A stretch of 64,000 nt of DNA from Dehalococcoidia bacterium (GTDB taxonomy: Bacteria > Chloroflexota > Dehalococcoidia > Lucifugimonadales > VXLM01). The stretch spans positions 969 to 64,968 of the forward strand of contig DAOUJF010000004.1 of the NCBI GenBank assembly GCA_034423035.1. Direction: 5' to 3'. Under the pieces are notes generated by a model, which worked only from the letters and a program-made list of their open reading frames with translations, ran no database searches and was not told where the DNA came from. A program made the translations under genes and the position numbers. Positions 10,448 to 18,752 of the stretch are shown here, in pieces; within the stretch, counting starts at the first letter, position 1; every line of letters starts with the position of its first letter.

Positions 10448-10627
10448 CTATGGGTATTCTTTCGATCTGTCAAACTTTTGTTCCGCTTTGGGGGCGAGGA
10501 TCTCGATCGTGGACCGGATAGTCCTGCACTCATAGCTGAGTTTGTCGTATCTATCTTTGGCTTTGGCGAGTTGTGCTTCTTTGCGCTGCAAGATATTCTC
10601 AAGTTGATGGGGCGGTGCTTCTGCCAT
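10448..10627 (-). CDS. Untracked 59-codon ORF, possible first gene of the Cascade operon: MAEAPPHQLENILQRKEAQLAKAKDRYDKLSYECRTIRSTIEILAPKAEQKFDRSKEYP
   Basis: Hand-translated from the - strand; it falls below the 60-aa ORF-track cutoff. GGGAG lies 5-6 nt upstream of the ATG. It is ~33 nt downstream of the predicted TSS of a near-consensus promoter and 51 nt upstream of cas8e. Against coding: A/T-ending codons (6 of 7 Lys codons are AAA), unlike the flanking cas genes. Confidence 0.4.
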   Translation of the reverse strand: MAEAPPHQLENILQRKEAQLAKAKDRYDKLSYECRTIRSTIEILAPKAEQKFDRSKEYP

Positions 10628-10666
10628 ATCATCTCCCTAATCTGATATAGTACATTTAGTTCAAGC

Positions 10667-10695
10667 ATTATCTATAATTCTCCGCCCAGAGTCAA
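10667..10695 (-). promoter_or_regulatory. Near-consensus sigma70 promoter for the small ORF and cas8e operon (Pcas)
   Basis: On the - strand: TTGACT (10690-10695), 17-nt spacer, GATAAT (10667-10672). A perfect TATAAT on the + strand (10673-10678) lies directly next to it, giving back-to-back -10 boxes. Confidence 0.6.
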
Positions 10696-10698
10696 GAG

Positions 10699-10775
10699 AC
10701 GTCTCTCGCCCACGCGAGAATAGACCCGCCTGCACCAACCGAACGCAGGTTCCCCCGCACACGCGGGGTCATCGT
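10699..10775 (+). ncRNA. Degenerate mini-CRISPR / crRNA-like unit: psiR1 (10699-10726), 21-nt psi-spacer (10727-10747), psiR2 (10748-10775)
   Basis: psiR2: the first 21 nt equal the sense repeat GGTTCCCCCGCACACGCGGGG and the last 7 nt are unrelated. psiR1: 20/28 identical, the last 7 nt ATAGACC are intact, and the hairpin is kept as TCTCGC-CCAC-GCGAGA through two compensatory pair changes. The unit is oriented opposite to the main array and the cas operon. Confidence 0.6.
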
Positions 10776-10792
10776 CCACTGGGGCTGTGTCG

Positions 10793-13498
10793 TTAGGCGC
10801 GGCGCAGTCCCATACGGTCGTACACGAAGCTCTTGTCGCCGACCGTGAACGTGAAGCCGCCGTCGACAAGCTTGGGCTCTGCGGTAACGTCGCGATTGAT
10901 AGTAACACCCGCCAACCAGCGACAGGGAATGAGTATGGTGTCGATGAGGCCCCGATCGAAGGGACTGATGTGGGGTGGACTCATAAGCACATCAAAGGGC
11001 TCGTCACTTAAACGTGTGCGGATGTTTTCTTCCGAAGAAGGAAAGCGTAGTTTTCGGTTTTCTCTTCGCGGATAGAACGCCTTGTCGCGTGGTATGACGC
11101 TGTAGCGAGCCTCCTGACCGTCAGCGTCACGTCCCCCCACCACATTTTGGCCATGAACTACCCACTCTTGCCCTAGTTTCTCGATTTCTTCCAGCGCGTC
11201 GGGATGGGTCGCGCGCTCGACGAGTTTGCGATTCATTTCTGGGATGCGCCATTCGGGATGTTCGCCGATCAGCCGCCGCGTCGCCTCCAGTATCCGAAGG
11301 TCCTCGTACACGTATCCCTTTGGTCCGAGGCCGTTGGCGTGTTTGCCGTCGGTTAGAAGCGGCTCAAGGTCGTTGTCGGGAGGCGTGAGGACGATACAGG
11401 TGGGGTTGGCGTAGTCGCAGGGCCGGTCGGTGTTCTTGTGTCGGTGGAGGCGTCCGATGCGCTGGAGGAGAACGTCTACGGGGCACAGGTCGGTTATGAG
11501 CAGGTCGGCGTCGATGTCGAGGGACTGTTCGAGCGTCTGGGTGCCGACGACGACGCGGCCTCCTGACTCCCGGCCCTTGCCGAGCATCTGCTCAACGCGC
11601 TTATCGAGCATCGCGCGGTCGCACGCGGCGAACCGCCCGTGATGCAGCGTCGTCTTCCTCCTGACGTCGAACAGTAGTCCCCTATCACCCTCTCCGGCCA
11701 GGTCTTCCAACGCCTGCTGAGTCTTCACGGCGTGGTCGACGGTGTTGCGGACGACCAGCACCTTCGCACCCGTGCGTGCGGCAATTAGCGCGCGTTGTGC
11801 GGTGTCGGCGAAGTCGCGCATGGTCGGGCTCGCCTTGATAGACACGCTCTTTTTCTGGTCGTTCACGCCCGCAGGCACGAGATTTTCGCCCGCGCCGCTT
11901 GGTGTGCTTACGGCGGGGTATCGAGCGCGAATGGCCTCATCGAGAGGGGGACCGCCGCCTTCCGTCCTCTCACCATGATGCAGCCAGCGATGGCGAGCGG
12001 TAGAACCGAGTGTTGCTGACATGAGCAGAGCGTAGCCGCCTGCGCCGACGTGGGCGTCAAGCACCGCTTCGAGAATGACGCTCATGTAGGTGTCGGATGC
12101 GTGCACCTCGTCGATGACGAGCAGATTGCGCGCGAGGCAGGCGGCGCGCATGTGGGCGTTCTTGACCTGGAGCGCGCCCATCATCGCCTGATCGACCGTG
12201 CCGACGGCGATCTGCGCGGCAAGGTAGCGCTTAGGATTCCTTGATGCCCATGGTCTGTCGTCGTCGTGGTGACCGGACGCTGCATCATTGTAGTTGGGCA
12301 TCTCGACACGAGCGGCGTCCACGCCCGGTTCATAGCCGGGCACGGCGAGCACGACCGGGGGAGGACCTTGTGGGAAGAGGTTGCGAGTGAAGCGCTTGAC
12401 ACGTTCGTGAATCTGGACAGCGGCGGAGCGGGTCGGCAGGGCGAAATAGAGGCCGTCCACCAACCCTGCCTCGTACAAGCGGGCGAACCGCCACAGCGCG
12501 GCTTCCGTCTTGCCGGAGCCCGTCTCCGACTCGATGATAACCAGGCGCTGGTCAAGTGGAGCTTGGCGAACGGTCTCCTGAATCGCGTTGGGCGAACCGT
12601 CTATGTTGAACAGATCGACGAAATCGGGCACGCCGTTGAAGGTGCATCTTTGGTCGGACAGGTCGAGGCCAATTCCCGAGATGGCTCGTGACGCACTTGC
12701 GCGGGCGATGTCCATATAGTCGTCACGCGGCTGATCACAGTACTCGAAGTAACGTTCGTCGGAACCGACCCAATCGGCCCAGTTGCACAGCCCAAGGAAC
12801 ATGTGCTGGAAGGCGGGAGCGGAAGGAAGAGGCGATCCTCCCGGAGCGAACGCGGCAGGGAACCAGCAACGCAGCAGCCCCCCGATGTGCCGAACGCAGT
12901 CCTCGGGGTTCAGATCGCCGAACTTCCACCAGATGCGAGGGTTCTCGTTCAGGTCGCCATCCAACTGCAAGGGGCTGCCGTGATGCGAGAGCGTAGCCAC
13001 CAGCATCGCGCAGACCGTCTCGCCAGCGCGGTCGTCCCATGACTCTGTGGCGTCGAACCACCACCCCAGCGCGTCGAAGAACCAATCCGCGGTCATTTCA
13101 TCTTTCTGTGTCAGAACCGGAGTCAAGGCCGAGGTGTGGCCGACGCGACGAAACTCCACAGGCTGCCGCCCACCCGGCAGGTCCTCGGACCTCCATATCT
13201 GTGTCTGAAACCCCATGTTTACCTTGCCGATGTCGTGGAGGGCCGCGAACACGGAGAGTCGGGCTATGAGCGACTCATCGAGGTCGTCACGGCCGCCGGT
13301 TGCCGCAAGCCGTTTTCTGATGGTCGGTTGGCGCATCAGCGCCTGGAAGCAGGCCCCGACGTCGGCGAGATGGTACTCAAGCCGGTGGATGCGTCCGGGA
13401 TTTTCTCGGTCCGACTTGGCCCAGTGGCGTCGGGTATAGGACAGGCGTGGCTTTCCCTCCGTCATCTCGGTATTCCTCTCTTGTCTCATGCGGAGCAT
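10793..13498 (-). CDS. cas3: Cas3 HD-nuclease/helicase (type I-E)
   Basis: 901 aa. N-terminal HD domain (…HLADV…LHDIGKVN…), helicase motifs (ETGSGKT, VIDEVH). An alternative start at 13465 (MTEGKP…) has an upstream GAGAGGA. Confidence 0.95.
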   Translation of the reverse strand: MLRMRQERNTEMTEGKPRLSYTRRHWAKSDRENPGRIHRLEYHLADVGACFQALMRQPTIRKRLAATGGRDDLDESLIARLSVFAALHDIGKVNMGFQTQIWRSEDLPGGRQPVEFRRVGHTSALTPVLTQKDEMTADWFFDALGWWFDATESWDDRAGETVCAMLVATLSHHGSPLQLDGDLNENPRIWWKFGDLNPEDCVRHIGGLLRCWFPAAFAPGGSPLPSAPAFQHMFLGLCNWADWVGSDERYFEYCDQPRDDYMDIARASASRAISGIGLDLSDQRCTFNGVPDFVDLFNIDGSPNAIQETVRQAPLDQRLVIIESETGSGKTEAALWRFARLYEAGLVDGLYFALPTRSAAVQIHERVKRFTRNLFPQGPPPVVLAVPGYEPGVDAARVEMPNYNDAASGHHDDDRPWASRNPKRYLAAQIAVGTVDQAMMGALQVKNAHMRAACLARNLLVIDEVHASDTYMSVILEAVLDAHVGAGGYALLMSATLGSTARHRWLHHGERTEGGGPPLDEAIRARYPAVSTPSGAGENLVPAGVNDQKKSVSIKASPTMRDFADTAQRALIAARTGAKVLVVRNTVDHAVKTQQALEDLAGEGDRGLLFDVRRKTTLHHGRFAACDRAMLDKRVEQMLGKGRESGGRVVVGTQTLEQSLDIDADLLITDLCPVDVLLQRIGRLHRHKNTDRPCDYANPTCIVLTPPDNDLEPLLTDGKHANGLGPKGYVYEDLRILEATRRLIGEHPEWRIPEMNRKLVERATHPDALEEIEKLGQEWVVHGQNVVGGRDADGQEARYSVIPRDKAFYPRRENRKLRFPSSEENIRTRLSDEPFDVLMSPPHISPFDRGLIDTILIPCRWLAGVTINRDVTAEPKLVDGGFTFTVGDKSFVYDRMGLRRA

Positions 13499-13530
13499 CT
13501 CCCCATGCAGGAAGCGTTTGATGCGGGTAG

Positions 13531-14109
<579 letters not shown>

Positions 14110-14353
14110 GGGCGGGCGTAAGTCTCGTTTGACTGGCGACTAATTCTGAAACGACATTTAGCGAGATCCTCGGTCATGAGCCCCCCTGCGTCTCCATATC
14201 CGATGTCGTATTGTGGGCGGTTTTCTGATGCAAACGTTTCCTTCTGCCCTTGGCACTTTATATAGAGCTTTCCCACAGTCGTTCGATGGAACTGCCTATT
14301 ATCGAGTCGAGTTTGTCAGTTGGCTTCAAGTCCCTTTTCCCACGTATACATGA

Positions 14354-14500
14354 GCTCTTGGTGTCGATTGGACAACTGATATCCTTACCCATGAAGTCGT
14401 CCGGGGCATGAGAGAAGCCGCTTCCAGGGGGTTCTTCCTCGGCTTGAAGGCCCCCTTCGGCTACAGGAAGATCAAGGTCAGCGACGGGCGAGGAGCGTCC
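14354..14500 (+). pseudogene. Possible remnant of a serine recombinase gene
   Basis: Open frame fragment …EVVRGMREAASRGFFLGLKAPFGYRKIKVSDG… resembles the resolvase-domain end plus the G-x-x-PFGY motif of large serine recombinases. It has no intact N- or C-terminal continuation. Confidence 0.3.
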
Positions 14501-14660
14501 TCCGGCCCAGACAGTTGTGAGTTCATTGCTCTCTCCTACTACCGGACGTGCGTCTCGTCCCATCCCGCCGGAAAATTGGTCGTGTTCTTCATTTTTCTCT
14601 CCTTCCCATATGCCTCCGGCAGGCGGTGAGGGGTTGCCTCTCAAATTCGTATGCCGCGAC

Positions 14661-14930
14661 CTAAATTCGCCTGAGAAGCCTGTCATACTCGTGGTGCGGG
14701 CCAATCCAGAACCACACGATGTCGCCTCCTTCCAAAACGCCGAGGGCTCGATAGTTGATACTCACTCGCACCGAATACACTGGACGCCGTTGACTCACCC
14801 GCTTGAAGTCCAAGCTGGGATGGCTTGGATTCAAAGCAAAGAAACGGTATGAGTCACGAGCCTGTCGTCTTACGTGGTTGGGAAGAAGTCGATAGGCATC
14901 CCAGAAGCTCTGCTGCGTAAACGAACGCAT
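14661..14930 (-). CDS. RelE/ParE-superfamily type II toxin
   Basis: 89 aa. …YSVRVSINYRALGVLEGGDIVWFWIGPHHEYDRLL is typical of this toxin family. It sits 2 nt downstream of a small acidic partner ORF. Confidence 0.7.
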   Translation of the reverse strand: MRSFTQQSFWDAYRLLPNHVRRQARDSYRFFALNPSHPSLDFKRVSQRRPVYSVRVSINYRALGVLEGGDIVWFWIGPHHEYDRLLRRI

Positions 14931-14932
14931 GC

Positions 14933-15157
14933 CTAAAGTTCTTCTAGATTAAGGGCTCGGGTCAGTCCTGCACGGTGCGCGGCCACAGCCTCATCGGCCA
15001 GCCGCTCCAGCAGATCCTCAGATTCGGGACGGCTGAACAATTCCGCCCACTGACGATCCGACTCCAGTTCAGCCAAAAGGAAGCGCGCGAACTTATCCTG
15101 ATCTTCCTGTGGAAGCTCGGCGGCTCTCTCGAAGGCTTGCTGAAGAAGCTTGGTCAT
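14933..15157 (-). CDS. Cognate antitoxin (small acidic helical protein)
   Basis: Start chosen at MTKLLQQAFERAAELPQEDQDKF… (GGGAG 8 nt upstream). The tracked ORF extends to 15232. Confidence 0.6.
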   Translation of the reverse strand: MTKLLQQAFERAAELPQEDQDKFARFLLAELESDRQWAELFSRPESEDLLERLADEAVAAHRAGLTRALNLEEL

Positions 15158-15430
15158 CGCTTTTCTCCCTCTTACTCGAATAGTCGCTCGCTGCACCGCT
15201 ATGGCCGTCTCCAAGTGCCTACCGGACATCACCTTGAACTCCAGCGCCTCGGATCCGATGGAGGCGGCGTGGTCTGCTATCTGTTCAAATTCCAGATTTG
15301 TAACCTCACGATGCCTTCTGAAGTGCTGAAGACTTATACAACAGGACGAGCGTACAGCTTCGTGTTTCCGTATCCGTTCAACAATTCCCTAAAGAAATCT
15401 TCGTACCCACAAGGACCTCTACGGTCGTTC

Positions 15431-16606
15431 TCAGCCGCTAGGAGCGACATAATCTGCCCATGCCTGCATCAGGGGACGTCGTTCGGTGTACCAGTCCGTC
15501 CTAGCATAGGCCCGTTCGGTTGTGTTCCCTACTTGATGTGCTAGAGCTGCTTCCGACGCTTCCCACGAAGCACTTGTCTTTTCCACTGCCCACGTCTTGA
15601 ACGCGCTACGGAAGCCGTGAGCGGTCGTCTTATCCACTAGGCCCACGTCTCTAAGCACCTTCAAGAGCGCCATGTCCGAAAGCATGCCGCCACGCTTGCG
15701 CGGGGACGGGAAGATTAGGCCCTGTCCCTCGTTTAGACCCCACGCTTCTCTGAGAACCTCAACGGCCTGAGCGCTCAGGGGTATCCGATGCGGCCTTCCC
15801 GCCTTCATCTTGTCTCCGGAGATCTCCCAAACTCGCCGGTCAAGGTCGATTTCTTCCCAGGTCGCGGCCCGCGCTTCCGCGTTTCGGGTAGCGGTCAAAA
15901 CCATGAAGCGGAAGCTCAAGCGAGTAGCGTCGGAGGCGTTCGACCGTTTGACCGTCTCAAGCGCGTCAGCTACGTTGGAGTAGGGAAGTGCTCTAAAGTG
16001 TTGCTTTATCGCGGGTTGGGGAATGAGCGCAAAGTCCAGCGCATCCCCACATGGAGTGTTTTCGATGTACTCATTCCCAACACACCATCTGAAGATAGCT
16101 CGCATCTTTTGAAGCACGCGACGACCCTGTTCAGGTGTGCGTGTCCAGATAGGCCTTAGACACTGGATAACGTCGCGTCGAGTAATTTGGTCGACGGGCA
16201 CACGCCCAAGCGATGGGAAACAGTGCTTTTCGACGGCCTGCAACCACTGCCTAGCATGCTTCTCCGAGCGCCAACGCGGTCGCAAGGCTGCATGAACGGA
16301 GATAGCGGCCTCTCTGAATGTCGGAATGGTCGGAGCCTTTCGCTCCTGCTCGGTTGCTGCCTCGCGTTCTCTTGGGTCGATGCCGTCTGTAATCAAGGCC
16401 CGATTTTCTGCGCATCGTTGCCTTGCCTGAGCAGGTGACACATCGGGGAATCGTCCGAGTCCCAAATCCCGTCGCCGTCCATTAACCGTGATGCGGTGCA
16501 ACCAATTCTTGCTTTTGGTCTTGGTGACTACGAGGTAGAGGCCCGCCCCGTCCGCATATCGCCCCGGCTCCCGGAGCGACCGGATTCGTTTAACTGATAG
16601 CTTCAT
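15431..16606 (-). CDS. int: Tyrosine-type site-specific integrase (P4-like, N-terminal arm-binding domain)
   Basis: 391 aa. N-terminus …YADGAGLYLVVTKTKSKNWLHRITVNGRRRDLGLG…; C-terminal catalytic region …HGFRSAFKTWA…ALAHQVGN…AYAR. Adjacent to the 3' end of tRNA-Trp. Confidence 0.92.
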   Translation of the reverse strand: MKLSVKRIRSLREPGRYADGAGLYLVVTKTKSKNWLHRITVNGRRRDLGLGRFPDVSPAQARQRCAENRALITDGIDPREREAATEQERKAPTIPTFREAAISVHAALRPRWRSEKHARQWLQAVEKHCFPSLGRVPVDQITRRDVIQCLRPIWTRTPEQGRRVLQKMRAIFRWCVGNEYIENTPCGDALDFALIPQPAIKQHFRALPYSNVADALETVKRSNASDATRLSFRFMVLTATRNAEARAATWEEIDLDRRVWEISGDKMKAGRPHRIPLSAQAVEVLREAWGLNEGQGLIFPSPRKRGGMLSDMALLKVLRDVGLVDKTTAHGFRSAFKTWAVEKTSASWEASEAALAHQVGNTTERAYARTDWYTERRPLMQAWADYVAPSG

Positions 16607-16650
16607 CTGATCGGCCTTAATCGTGACTTGATAGACACAATACAGTACGC

Positions 16651-16672
16651 CAACCCCACAGTCAACCCCACA
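16651..16672. repeat. Direct repeat caaccccaca x2 (12-bp period) between int and tRNA-Trp
   Basis: caaccccaca at 16651-16660 and again at 16663-16672. Confidence 0.5.
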
Positions 16673-16821
16673 ATTGGCTCTCGGTTGCCATGATGCCTAT
16701 GGTTTCTCTCACGGTTTTCCTTAAACGCTTATTGAGACTTACACAGCTTCAATACTGGGCGAAAAACAGGGAAACTGAGACAAAATGGGTAGGCTAGAGA
16801 AGCAGTGAGAAAAGTGGTGTT

Positions 16822-16898
16822 TGGCAGGGGTGGCAGGATTCGAACCCGCGGCCTACGGTTTTGGAGACCGTTGCTCTACCAGCCTGAGCTACACCCCT
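16822..16898 (-). tRNA. tRNA-Trp (anticodon CCA), 3' CCA encoded
   Basis: The reverse complement folds as a cloverleaf: acceptor AGGGGTG/CACCCCT, D arm GCTC…GAGC, anticodon arm ACGGT-CTCCAAA-ACCGT, T arm GCGGG-TTCGAAT-CCTGC, then discriminator G and CCA. Confidence 0.9.
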
Positions 16899-17064
16899 GC
16901 GCTCTAACCGCCTATCGATTGTAAGGCCCCCGTCCTCACAGGGTCAATAATGTGGTGTGGCATCATTCCCCAGGGAGAGCCCTCCTCGAACACCGCCACG
17001 GGCCGTTCGACCCACCTTCGATGCGTTATAATCTGCCGACACCAATAGAAGCGAGGTCAACCAT

Positions 17065-18732
17065 ATGCGAGGCGCGGATGCAGTTGCCAGGACACTACAG
17101 GGTGCCGGCGTGGAGCGAATCTTCACCCTTTCCGGCAACCAAATCATGCCGCTATTCGACGCTTGTCTGGACGCCGACATCGACCTTCTGCACGTCCGTC
17201 AAGAGGCTGCTGCCGTTCACATGGCTGACGCATGGGGACGCCTCACCGGCCAGCCAGGTGTGGCTCTGGTCACTGCCGGCCCCGGCTTCGCAAACACCCT
17301 GACCGGCCTGTACGTGGCTACCATATCGGAGTCCCCATTGGTCCTGCTGAGCGGATGCGCTCCGTTGAAACAGCATCCCAAGGGCGCGTTCCAGGCCATG
17401 GCGCAGGCCGAGATCGCAAGCCACGTCTCAAAAGCCTCATGGACCGCCGAGAGCGCGTCCGGCCTTCCCAACGACATCCGCAAGGCCCTCGACATCGCTG
17501 CTTCCGGACGTCCAGGCCCTGTGCACATCGCCCTACCCTTCAATACCGTCGACGATGAAGTGGATTCCCCGGAAGACGCGCTCGTTGCCGAAGATAATGG
17601 CGGGTCCCAGCCACGGATAATCGAAGACGCGGACGCGGCTCAGTTTCTCGCAGAACTCCGCGACGTCAAGAGGCCGCTGATTCTCGCCGGATCGATGATG
17701 ATGCGCGCGGACGGGCCCACGGTGTTGGCCGAACTGTCTGCCGTAACCGGGGCGCCCGTGGTCGAGATGGAGAGTCCGCGCGGAACGAACGACCCTGCTC
17801 TTGGTGCGTTTGCCGAGGTGCTTGCGGAGGCCGATCTCATCGCACTGATCGGCAAGAAACTGGACTTTACCCTCAAGATGGGAACGGAACCTGATATCCG
17901 CCCCGAATGCCGGTTCGTCCAGATCGATCCCGACCGTTCTGCAATCGACCTCACCAATAGGAACGTTGGCAATGCTAACCGGGTCGCGATGAGCGTCGTC
18001 GCCGATCCAATACCGTCCGTTAGCCGAATTGTGGAGCTTGCTACCGGCGGATCAAGTGAGAGCGGCTGGGCGGACGAGGTAACGTCCGCTGTCAGCTACC
18101 GCCCCTCCACTTGGACGGAAATGCGGGCCGAACAAGGACAGCCGCTGCACTCCTATGAGGTCGCGGAGGCAGTCCAGCAATATCTGGACGAAGACCCGAA
18201 CTCGGTGTTCATCTGCGACGGCGGCGAATGGGGTCAGTGGGCGCAGGCCTGCATAAGCGCTCCCACACGGATACTCAACGGCCCCGCTGGCTCCATCGGA
18301 ACGTCGATTCCGTTCGCCCTGGCGGCGCGACTGGCGCGCCCCGAGTCTCGGATCGTCACCGTCCTCGGCGACGGCACGGCAGGATTCCACATCATGGAGT
18401 ACGATTCGGCTGTGCGTTACGGCATCCCCTTCGTAGCTGTGCTTGGCAACGACGCCGCATGGAACGCCGAATACCAGATTCAGCTTCGCGAGTACGGAGA
18501 GGAACGCCTCGTGGGATGCGAACTCTTCCCTTCAAGGTACGACCGAGTTGCCGAGGCACTTGGCGGCCACGGCGAACACGTAGAATCGGCATCCGACCTA
18601 GCCCCTGCCCTGCAACGTGCTGGGTCGTCGAATCTTCCGGCCCTCGTCAACGTCAATCTCGCGCGCGACGCGGCCCCCGTGGTTCGCAGGTCGTCTGACG
18701 CAACTCAAGCCAGTTCCGCGTTTCTGCACTAA
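17065..18732 (+). CDS. Thiamine-pyrophosphate-dependent enzyme (acetolactate synthase large-subunit-like family)
   Basis: 555 aa. N-terminal Pyr domain (…HVRQEAAAVHMADAWGRLTGQPGVALVTAGPGFANT…) and C-terminal PP domain (…LGDGTAGFH…). Confidence 0.85.
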   Translation: MRGADAVARTLQGAGVERIFTLSGNQIMPLFDACLDADIDLLHVRQEAAAVHMADAWGRLTGQPGVALVTAGPGFANTLTGLYVATISESPLVLLSGCAPLKQHPKGAFQAMAQAEIASHVSKASWTAESASGLPNDIRKALDIAASGRPGPVHIALPFNTVDDEVDSPEDALVAEDNGGSQPRIIEDADAAQFLAELRDVKRPLILAGSMMMRADGPTVLAELSAVTGAPVVEMESPRGTNDPALGAFAEVLAEADLIALIGKKLDFTLKMGTEPDIRPECRFVQIDPDRSAIDLTNRNVGNANRVAMSVVADPIPSVSRIVELATGGSSESGWADEVTSAVSYRPSTWTEMRAEQGQPLHSYEVAEAVQQYLDEDPNSVFICDGGEWGQWAQACISAPTRILNGPAGSIGTSIPFALAARLARPESRIVTVLGDGTAGFHIMEYDSAVRYGIPFVAVLGNDAAWNAEYQIQLREYGEERLVGCELFPSRYDRVAEALGGHGEHVESASDLAPALQRAGSSNLPALVNVNLARDAAPVVRRSSDATQASSAFLH

Positions 18733-18752
18733 AGAGACCAACGCCCTGGTTT

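Noticed and set aside
10522-10541. 7-nt identity (cctgcac) between the psi-spacer and the small-ORF region, preceded by TAG
   Set aside because: Only 9 of 20 positions match and the PAM is non-consensus. A 7-mer hit in a few hundred bp is expected by chance.
10672-10908. 78-aa - strand ORF containing …DDPACAGEPAFGW…
   Set aside because: The ACAGEP string is the translated psiR2 repeat remnant. The ORF straddles the cas3 3' end and the intergenic region and has no SD site.
14110-16821. Search for a second copy of the tRNA-Trp 3' end (the island att site) inside the window
   Set aside because: I saw no convincing repeat of ggcaggattcgaacc by eye, so the island boundary remains undefined. A computational repeat search is needed.
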